Source: Nitrososphaeria archaeon
Lineage (GTDB): Archaea; Thermoproteota; Nitrososphaeria; Geothermarchaeales; JDFR-13
Length of the DNA: 64,000 nt
Direction: 5' to 3'
NCBI GenBank assembly: GCA_027078545.1
Contig: JALWXN010000004.1
Coordinates: 416,001-480,000 of the forward strand
The translations under genes were made by a program, and so were the position numbers. Under the pieces are notes generated by a model that was given only the letters and a program-made list of their open reading frames with translations, had not been told where the DNA came from and did not search any database. Each line of letters begins with the position of its first letter. The stretch's first letter is position 1. Positions 56,988-64,000 of this stretch are shown in pieces.

Positions 56988-57756
56988 AGAGGTATTGGTT
57001 GCTGAGGATCTCCATAAATGGTTCGGTAAGCTCCACGCCGTTGATGGGGTTTCCTTCAGGCTTAGGAGGGGTGAGGTCCTATCCATCGTGGGTCCCAACG
57101 GCGCGGGTAAGACGACTCTTCTCAACCTGATAAGCGGGGTTGTGAAGCCCGATGCTGGTAGGGTCTTCCTTAGGAGGAGTGGTGAGCTGGTCGATATCAC
57201 TGGGAGGCCTCCCCATGAGGTGACTAGGCTTGGCCTCGGGAGATCATTTCAAATACCAAACATATTTGATGGGCTGACGGTGGAGGAGAATATATTAATA
57301 TCCCTCCTCACAAGGACGGGTAGGACAGGGGTCGTGAGGAGGGGCTATAGGGACTTCCCAGAGCTTGAGGAGGAGCTTAGCGAGATTATAGAGACCTTCG
57401 GCCTGGGGGAGGTTCGTGGGAGGCTCGGCTCCGAGCTCAGCCATGGGATGAGGAAGAAGCTGGATATAGCCGTATCCTTCGCGTTGAGGCCGATGGTCCT
57501 CCTCCTTGATGAGCCTACCTCCGGCCTGACACAGGGGGAGAAGAGGGATATGGTTGGCCTCATAAAGGGGCTTAGGGGTGGGGAGTACTCATTCATCATA
57601 GTTGAGCATGACCTGGATGTTGTGAGGGAGGTCTCGGACAGCCTAATAGTGATGCATGAGGGCCGTGTACTGGCTCATGACGAGCCGGAGAAGGTTCTAC
57701 AGATGTCCGAGGTCATATCCGCATATCTAGGGGGTTATCATGAGGCTATACGCTAG
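56974..57756 (+). CDS. livG: Branched-chain ABC ATPase, LivG-like
   Basis: GPNGAGKTT, RSFQ, LSHG, LLDEPT.G, EHD. Confidence 0.88.
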   Translation: MSGAEEVLVAEDLHKWFGKLHAVDGVSFRLRRGEVLSIVGPNGAGKTTLLNLISGVVKPDAGRVFLRRSGELVDITGRPPHEVTRLGLGRSFQIPNIFDGLTVEENILISLLTRTGRTGVVRRGYRDFPELEEELSEIIETFGLGEVRGRLGSELSHGMRKKLDIAVSFALRPMVLLLDEPTSGLTQGEKRDMVGLIKGLRGGEYSFIIVEHDLDVVREVSDSLIVMHEGRVLAHDEPEKVLQMSEVISAYLGGYHEAIR

Positions 57757-58450
57757 GGATCTAGAGGTATGGATAGGTGGGGTAAAGGTATTGTCAGGGG
57801 TCTCCCTAGACGTCTCCGAGGGTGAGGTCGTGGGCCTAATAGGTAGGAACGGGGCGGGCAAGACGACGACCCTACATACATTGATGGGGCTGGTCAGGCC
57901 CAGGTCGGGCAAGGTATACCTGGAGAGGGACGGTGTAGAGCTTGAGGTGACTGGTAGTAAGCCGTATAGGATAGCAGGGATGGGTGTCTCCCTAGTCCCA
58001 CAGGGTAGGTACATCTTCCCAGACCTCACCGTGATGGAGAATCTAGAGGTTGCCTATGGAGGTAGGGTCCCAGAAGGCCTCCTCAATGAGGTGTTCCAAT
58101 ACTTCCCGGAGCTTGGACGTATACGGGATCGTCTGGGTATACACCTGAGCGGTGGGGAGCAGCAGATGCTCGCTATAGCCAGGGCCCTTGTGAGGAGGCC
58201 CAGGATAATATTGATGGATGAGCCGCTGGAGGGCCTCGCACCTAAGATAGTGGCCAGCCTCAGGGAGGTCATCAAGAGGCTGAGGGGTGAGGGGATAGGC
58301 ATCCTCATGACTGAGGCTGGGAACATCAAGCGTGTAAGGGATCTCGTGGATAGGGTATATGGTATCGACAGGGGTGAGATAGTATTCTCAGGCGGGATAG
58401 AGGATATGCTTAGGGACGAGGCTGTACGTAGACGTATATGGGGGGTATAA
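57740..58450 (+). CDS. livF: Branched-chain ABC ATPase, LivF-like
   Basis: GRNGAGKTT, LSGGEQQMLAIARAL, DEP.EGLAP. Confidence 0.88.
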   Translation: MRLYARDLEVWIGGVKVLSGVSLDVSEGEVVGLIGRNGAGKTTTLHTLMGLVRPRSGKVYLERDGVELEVTGSKPYRIAGMGVSLVPQGRYIFPDLTVMENLEVAYGGRVPEGLLNEVFQYFPELGRIRDRLGIHLSGGEQQMLAIARALVRRPRIILMDEPLEGLAPKIVASLREVIKRLRGEGIGILMTEAGNIKRVRDLVDRVYGIDRGEIVFSGGIEDMLRDEAVRRRIWGV

Positions 58451-58476
58451 AAAAGAGGGGTGGGGGTGCCTACCAA

Positions 58477-58647
58477 CTAGTCCTTGATAGCCTTCTTAAC
58501 CTGCTCTACAAGCTCCGGCGGGATCTCCTCCATCCCATGGTCATGCTTGGCATGCTCAGCTATCTTCTCCATCAGCTCCTCGACGGTTGGTGCTTCGGCC
58601 TCCCAGCCACAATCCATGCCTAGGTCTCTACAGGCGAACTTGGGCAT
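58477..58647 (-). CDS. DUF1059-family small metal-binding protein, 56 aa (absent from the ORF track)
   Basis: Hand translation: MPKFACRDLGMDCGWEAEAPTVEELMEKIAEHAKHDHGMEEIPPELVEQVKKAIKD (C-x6-C...H-x4-H). Confidence 0.88.
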   Translation of the reverse strand: MPKFACRDLGMDCGWEAEAPTVEELMEKIAEHAKHDHGMEEIPPELVEQVKKAIKD

Positions 58648-58722
58648 AGTACATCGACAATTGATTTCTAACCGGTACTAATAAATTTGTATCGATATAG
58701 CCCAGCACTCATAGGTGATGAC

Positions 58723-59748
58723 CTATCCACTATACATCTTCTCGAGTAGTTCTATCCCCCTCTCTATGCTGGTGTCTCTGCTGATGACTATGCTTATCAG
58801 CCTCGCTATTGCAGGGGCTGCAGTCAGGCCTGGGCTGTCTATACCGTATAGGATTATATCCCTCCCTACTCTCCGTATTACGTAGTCATCCCTCGGCATG
58901 TTTATCGGTCTCACCCCCTTGTCTATAGATATTGGCTCTGGCCTCTCCCGTAGGAGGGGTTGGAACCTATGGTATATCCTCCTGGCCTCCGTCTCTGGGT
59001 CTGGATCTTCGTCGAGCCATGCGAAGCCTGGGCCCATTATGCTGTAGCCCCTATGGGGGATTATGGCGCCCCCCTTGGTATACTTCTTTCCCAGGCTCGG
59101 GAGTGGGGCTATAATGTTCTCGGTCTCGAGGTCTATCCTGAGCATGACCCCTAGGCTCAGCCTATGCCTAGGTGGGTCGTCCCCTATCATCCTCCCTATC
59201 CTGTAGCTCTCCGGCCCGGCGGCGTAGATATGTATGGCTTCTCCACATCCCAGGTGCTCCTCCCCCATCCTTATCTGGGCCCCACTCTCCCTCGCCTCCC
59301 TAGCCAGCTGGCCAAGTAGTTCCCTGGGCTCGACTACTCCGTAGCCCTCCACGACTATCGCCTTCTCAAAGATCGGGTTTAGGGACGGCTCGATCCTATG
59401 GGGCTGCCTAATTATCTCCGCATCGATACTATTCCTCCTCAGTATCCAGGCTATCGCCCTGGCCTCCGCCCCGCCTATCAATCCCCTATAGGGGATGAGT
59501 AGTCTTGTCCACCTGGGCTCTACCCAGTCTATCTCCTCTCTATAGATGTGGTGTCCTATCCTCATCAGCCTGGTCTTTAGGCTGTTGAAGGGTGTCTGTA
59601 TCCTGTGTAGGACCCCCGCGTTGTGGCCTGATGCCCCGCATCCCAGCTCCCTACACTTCTCATAGAGTGTCACTCCGTATCCCATTCCCGCCATTGTATA
59701 GGCTGTGAATAGCCCTACCACTCCCCCGCCGACTACATGTATCTCCAA
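58723..59748 (-). CDS. FAD-dependent oxidoreductase (glycerol-3-phosphate dehydrogenase/L-2-hydroxyglutarate oxidase family)
   Basis: GGGVVG, GASGHNAGVLH, G.RP, GIDSPGLTAAPAIA. Confidence 0.82.
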   Translation of the reverse strand: MEIHVVGGGVVGLFTAYTMAGMGYGVTLYEKCRELGCGASGHNAGVLHRIQTPFNSLKTRLMRIGHHIYREEIDWVEPRWTRLLIPYRGLIGGAEARAIAWILRRNSIDAEIIRQPHRIEPSLNPIFEKAIVVEGYGVVEPRELLGQLAREARESGAQIRMGEEHLGCGEAIHIYAAGPESYRIGRMIGDDPPRHRLSLGVMLRIDLETENIIAPLPSLGKKYTKGGAIIPHRGYSIMGPGFAWLDEDPDPETEARRIYHRFQPLLRERPEPISIDKGVRPINMPRDDYVIRRVGRDIILYGIDSPGLTAAPAIARLISIVISRDTSIERGIELLEKMYSG

Positions 59749-59773
59749 CTCCCCGGCACCCTAGGGGTAAATA

Positions 59774-61039
59774 TTGTCTAGCCGTGATATGATATGTGTG
59801 GAGCCGGGCCTATGTATTCTGGACATAGGTACATCCTCGGTGAAGGCGTGGATCGATGGCGAGGTCAGGATAGTTAGGCTTGTGCAGCTGGATAGTGGTG
59901 TCCTCGACCCAGGGCCTATAGACTCCTTGATAGACCTGATCGATAGGCGTGGATACAGGGTTGTGGTGACCGGGCAGAGGGCGTCGGCCATGGGCTGGGG
60001 TGATGAGGGGCGTAGCCCCATCTATACCTGGAGATCAGGCCTTGGTAGGGAGGTGCTTAGGGAGGTATATGCAACGGGTGATCCGCTGGCCAGCCTATTC
60101 CTCAGACCCGCGTCGTCAGGGCCTAGGCTCAAGCTCCTCCTAGACATGGGGTATAGGTACGTCGGTGGTGTGGAGACCTATATCTCATGGAGGCTCGACG
60201 GGAGATACGTGGTGGACTATGCCTATGCCCATACCTATGGCTTGTTAGACCCATTCTCAAGGACCTATGTGGAGCATCTCCTCAACACCCTAGGTATAGA
60301 TGGTGATAGGCTGCCCCAGCCAGTGGATAGCTACGAGGAGGGTGGTAGGCTCGTCCTACAGATACCTGATCAGTCGGCGGCCTACTATGGGGAGGATCCC
60401 ACACTATCCTCTGCCAAGCTGACCCTGGGTACAGGGTGCTTCGCCGGGATATATACTGGTGACTCCCCCCTGGGCGATCTTGAGAAGGGGATTGTGCCGA
60501 TGATGCTGGATGGACTCGGTGGCTTCATGGCCGAGGCCTATCTATCCAGCTGGGGCGACCTCCTCGACGAGTACCTGGCTAGGAAGGGACTTGGATATGA
60601 TTATCTAGAGGATTTGGATCTCGGGAGGCGTGTATTCAGGGTGCCTAGCAAGATATTGTCTGGGAGCATGCCATCAGGGGGAGCTGGTGATGATGACCCC
60701 GATATAGTTGATCTGGTCCACGCCTTGGTGGCGGGGGCGGGCTATGTCGCCCGGCTCATCCATGGTGTGAAGAGTTTCGAACGGATATACCTGGGTGGTG
60801 GAGGGGCGTTGTCAAGGGTTGTTAGGCAGGGACTGGCCGATATACTTGGGCTGGAGGTGGTTGTTAGGGGTAGTCCGAGGCTATCAACGATCCATGGAGC
60901 CTATGCATATCTACTCAAGAGGCGTGGCGATGACCCTGTCGGGTATATAGAGGGGGCTAGGCCTGTCGAGGAGGTCTTGACCCCTAAGAGAGACCTCTCA
61001 TGGATGGTCGACGCCTTCGGTGGGAGGCTAGGGTCTTAG
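59774..61039 (+). CDS. FGGY-family carbohydrate kinase (glycerol kinase-like, divergent)
   Basis: LDIGTSSVKA, TGQR, PDQSAA, KLTLGTGCF, GGG. Confidence 0.8.
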   Translation: MSSRDMICVEPGLCILDIGTSSVKAWIDGEVRIVRLVQLDSGVLDPGPIDSLIDLIDRRGYRVVVTGQRASAMGWGDEGRSPIYTWRSGLGREVLREVYATGDPLASLFLRPASSGPRLKLLLDMGYRYVGGVETYISWRLDGRYVVDYAYAHTYGLLDPFSRTYVEHLLNTLGIDGDRLPQPVDSYEEGGRLVLQIPDQSAAYYGEDPTLSSAKLTLGTGCFAGIYTGDSPLGDLEKGIVPMMLDGLGGFMAEAYLSSWGDLLDEYLARKGLGYDYLEDLDLGRRVFRVPSKILSGSMPSGGAGDDDPDIVDLVHALVAGAGYVARLIHGVKSFERIYLGGGGALSRVVRQGLADILGLEVVVRGSPRLSTIHGAYAYLLKRRGDDPVGYIEGARPVEEVLTPKRDLSWMVDAFGGRLGS

Positions 61040-62374
61040 TAGGCCGTCAGGATCCAGTGCTGTGGCTACCCTCTCTACTGCCTCTACCCAGCCGTCATAC
61101 TCCAACTCGAGATATGGCTTCCTAACCATGCCCACTCCGTGGTGGTGGGATATCCCTCCATATCTTGCTGCCAGTGTTACCGCTCTCCTCCACATGTGGT
61201 GGTAGATATCTCCCAGCCTATCCCTCTCGATCAGGACTGTGAAGTATATTCCACAGCCCGCCGGGTGTATATGCCCGATATGTGCGGATACCCCAATCAC
61301 ACCATCCATTTCTAGGAGCGCCTCCCTCATCCCCCTGTAGAGCTTTGTGGCTCCGCTCCATAGTGGGGAGAACTCCATAGTCTCCACGGCTATCCCGGCT
61401 CTGTATAGCCTCTTGAGGTGGGCCATATATCTATACCTCTCCTCGAACCATCTCTCTACACCCTCTATCTCACTGGCCCTGCCGACTAGCCTCTCCAGTG
61501 CCTCGGCCCTAGCCTCTACATAATCCTCCATCTCTGCTGGGCCGTGGATCTCGTAGATTAGGGCGGCCCCATCCACGCCAAAGGTTACCTGTGTCTCCAC
61601 CTCGTCCAGAAGGCGTATCATGTCTGGCCTAGCCCTGTAGTGGGCTATCCTCCTAAGCCTCTCCACACCCTCCTCGAAGCTCTGTAGGAGTAGTCCTCTC
61701 CGGATACGTGTCTCGGGTGCTGGATAGGCCTGGAGATATGCCTTTGTGACTATGCCTATCAAGCCCTCCGATGATGTGAAGAGCCTCTCGGGGGGTAGGG
61801 GGAGGTTCCTCCTAGGGCTGGGCCCTATCCTTACATGGCCTACGGCGGGGATTACGGCCTCTAGACCAAGTAGGATGTCCTCGACTCCTCCATAGCCGGA
61901 GGAGTACATCCCGATGCCGCCCATTGCTATCAGGCCTCCCACCGTGGCAACTGATATTGACTGGGGTATCAAACCTGTTGTCCATCCCCTCCTGTTTAGC
62001 CAGTCCTCCAGCTCCCCAATTATGGCTCCAGCACCTACAGCGACTATCCCGCTCTCCTCGTCGTGCCACTCTATGCTGCATAGTCTCGAGAGGTCTATAA
62101 CAATCCTCTTTCTAGGCATGTATCTACCGACCACGTTTGAGCCTCCCGCATATATCGCTACGCCGAGCCCCTCCTCCCTGGCTATCCTGAGTATCCCCAT
62201 TATCTCCTCCTCGTCACCCGGTATGGCCACGATGAATCCGTCGTCCACCTCCTCATCCAGCTCGCTATGGATCCGGGTGACTATATAGTCCCTGGTGTAG
62301 GGTAGGATGTCTGGCCACCCGGTTATGACGTAGTCGTCGCCTAGGAGCTTCCTAAGCTTATCAGCGGGTCTCAC
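61028..62374 (-). CDS. FAD-binding oxidoreductase, alkyl-DHAP synthase-like
   Basis: GGSNV, PQS...ATVGG, S.GYG..ED, SEG.IGI.T, RLLDE.E, ISHHHGVG, DP..L.P. Confidence 0.8.
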   Translation of the reverse strand: MRPADKLRKLLGDDYVITGWPDILPYTRDYIVTRIHSELDEEVDDGFIVAIPGDEEEIMGILRIAREEGLGVAIYAGGSNVVGRYMPRKRIVIDLSRLCSIEWHDEESGIVAVGAGAIIGELEDWLNRRGWTTGLIPQSISVATVGGLIAMGGIGMYSSGYGGVEDILLGLEAVIPAVGHVRIGPSPRRNLPLPPERLFTSSEGLIGIVTKAYLQAYPAPETRIRRGLLLQSFEEGVERLRRIAHYRARPDMIRLLDEVETQVTFGVDGAALIYEIHGPAEMEDYVEARAEALERLVGRASEIEGVERWFEERYRYMAHLKRLYRAGIAVETMEFSPLWSGATKLYRGMREALLEMDGVIGVSAHIGHIHPAGCGIYFTVLIERDRLGDIYHHMWRRAVTLAARYGGISHHHGVGMVRKPYLELEYDGWVEAVERVATALDPDGLLRP

Positions 62375-63131
62375 CGAGATACACCTCCAGCGGGGTGTAT
62401 GCCTCTAGCCCCATACTCCTCATCCTTATGGCGGCTCTCCCACACTGTGTCAATATTGGTATATCTGTACCGGGCCTAGGGATCATTCTAAGTAGCTTCG
62501 GGGCTATGAGGTCTAGCCCACCGCTCCCCATGCACCTCTCCAGTATCCCCTTCTCCCGTCCGAAGACCCTTCTAAACCTCTCGATATACCCCCTATCCAA
62601 TTTGCAGGGTAGGTGTAGAATGTATCTCCCTATAGGGATCTTGATGTCGAGCTTCTCGAGGAGCTCTATGGTGTATGGCCCGGTATGGACGTCTATATCC
62701 TCGCTGTAGCCAGCTGGGAGTCTATACCTCTCCATCCAGCCATAGGAGACCGCCCTATACATGCTCCACGTATCTATTATCTCCAGCCTCATACCGGGTA
62801 GGACGGCCTCCCCAGCCTCGGGGCTAGGCATGTATATGGCCTCTTTCTCCATCCTCCTGGTTCTCGCGTCTCCCAGCCTACGCCTAGCGATCCTTATTAT
62901 GCTTGGGAGGTCGTTCTTCACTGGGCATGCCTCTCTACACCTATCGCATAGGCTGCAGTATCCACTGGCTAGGAGGAACTCCTCCCCACCCTTCACGAGC
63001 CCCCTGTATAGTGCCCTTGCTATATTCACTGGCCTGCTGGGTGTATACCTCGTGCCTAGGTAGACTGGGCAGCTGGGTGTACATGCCCCGGGGCAGAGGA
63101 GGCACTGTAGGAGTATCTCCTCGATATCCAT
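62361..63131 (-). CDS. Fe-S protein, GlpC/GlcF-like (shortened)
   Basis: CLLCPGACTPSCP, CSLCDRCREACP, HLPC, and a degenerate CCG-type domain. Confidence 0.75.
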   Translation of the reverse strand: MDIEEILLQCLLCPGACTPSCPVYLGTRYTPSRPVNIARALYRGLVKGGEEFLLASGYCSLCDRCREACPVKNDLPSIIRIARRRLGDARTRRMEKEAIYMPSPEAGEAVLPGMRLEIIDTWSMYRAVSYGWMERYRLPAGYSEDIDVHTGPYTIELLEKLDIKIPIGRYILHLPCKLDRGYIERFRRVFGREKGILERCMGSGGLDLIAPKLLRMIPRPGTDIPILTQCGRAAIRMRSMGLEAYTPLEVYLGETR

Positions 63132-63198
63132 GGGAAGTATATCACGTCTACCTGGATATATCGGGTAAATATTTAGGGCCTCCCGGAATACTGGTTAC

Positions 63199-64000
63199 AT
63201 GGAGGCTCCTGAGAAGATACTTGTGGTGGAGTTTGGTAGCCAGTATAGCCACCTCATCGTGAAGCGTATCAGGCAGATGGGTGTCTATGCTGAGCTGATA
63301 TATCCTGAGGAGATTGGGGAGCGGCTGGGGCCAGAGGTGAGGGGTGTAGTCTTATCAGGGGGCCCCATGAGTGTATACGACCCCGGTAGCCCTAGGATTA
63401 GTAGGGATGACCTACTTAGTCTTGGCGTCCCAGTCCTCGGTATATGCTATGGACATCAGCTGGTAGCCCACCTGATGGGCGGGACGGTGGAGAGGAGTGA
63501 TGCTGGTGAGTATGGTGGTGTAGAGCTCACCTTGGTGGGTAGGCATAGGCTTGTCGAGGGTGTGCCCGACAAATCCGTTGTCTGGATGAGCCATAGGGAT
63601 GTGGTGGTCGAGCCGCCCCCAGGCTTCAGGAACCTAGGCTCTACTAGGTATGACAAGTACTCTATACTCGTCTCGGATGAGTATAGGATCTATACGACAC
63701 AGTTCCACCCGGAGGTGGTTCATACCGAGTATGGCGAGAGGATACTGAGGAACTTTGTATATGGGATCTGTGGCTGCAGGGGTGGCTACGACCCCTTCGA
63801 CATTGTGACCAAGTATATAGAGGAGAATAGGTGGCGTAGCGGGGAGAAAACTCTGGTGGCTGTGAGTGGGGGTGTCGACTCCACCGTCACTGCCTTTATC
63901 CTGAGGGAGATATTCGGGGATAACCTCCACCTAGTCTTCCTAGAGACGGGGTTCAACAGGGTTGGGGAGTCAGAGTTCGTCTCCCGGTTCTTCCCTGAGA
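63199..64000 (+). CDS. guaA: GMP synthase (fused glutaminase + synthase), truncated by window end
   Basis: Hand translation: MEAPEKILVVEFGSQYSHLI, LSGGP.SVY, LGICYGHQL, WMSH.D, QFHPEV.HT, AVSGGVDS. Confidence 0.95.
   Translation, partial: MEAPEKILVVEFGSQYSHLIVKRIRQMGVYAELIYPEEIGERLGPEVRGVVLSGGPMSVYDPGSPRISRDDLLSLGVPVLGICYGHQLVAHLMGGTVERSDAGEYGGVELTLVGRHRLVEGVPDKSVVWMSHRDVVVEPPPGFRNLGSTRYDKYSILVSDEYRIYTTQFHPEVVHTEYGERILRNFVYGICGCRGGYDPFDIVTKYIEENRWRSGEKTLVAVSGGVDSTVTAFILREIFGDNLHLVFLETGFNRVGESEFVSRFFPE

Overview
Gene-dense, GC-rich chromosomal segment of a thermophilic archaeon. Archaeal-type TyrRS/GlyRS, a thermosome, an Hjc-like nuclease, an intron-containing tRNA and a Sulfolobus-like zinc ferredoxin suggest a TACK/Thermoproteota lineage (inference). 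Most of the window is housekeeping and energy metabolism: ligase, synthetases, a complex I-like operon headed by a degenerate FpoF/FrhB subunit, a tungsten AOR, a copper-resistance region, a branched-chain ABC importer, a glycerol/ether-lipid-type cluster and the start of guaA. Two features stand out. (1) An AT-rich island at about 5320-9000 encodes a putative archaeal RiPP system: an unannotated 39-aa precursor (YxxP leader, CxCxCxC core, Gly/Ser tail), an ABC exporter, a radical SAM/SPASM maturase and a PqqD/RRE protein. (2) An intergenic ~490-nt element at 1678-2168 folds into a nearly fully paired rod with a strand-biased excess of G-U pairs and an upstream TATA box; it is a candidate large ncRNA that matches neither SRP nor RNase P motifs. 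All calls are by eye from motifs; no searches were run.
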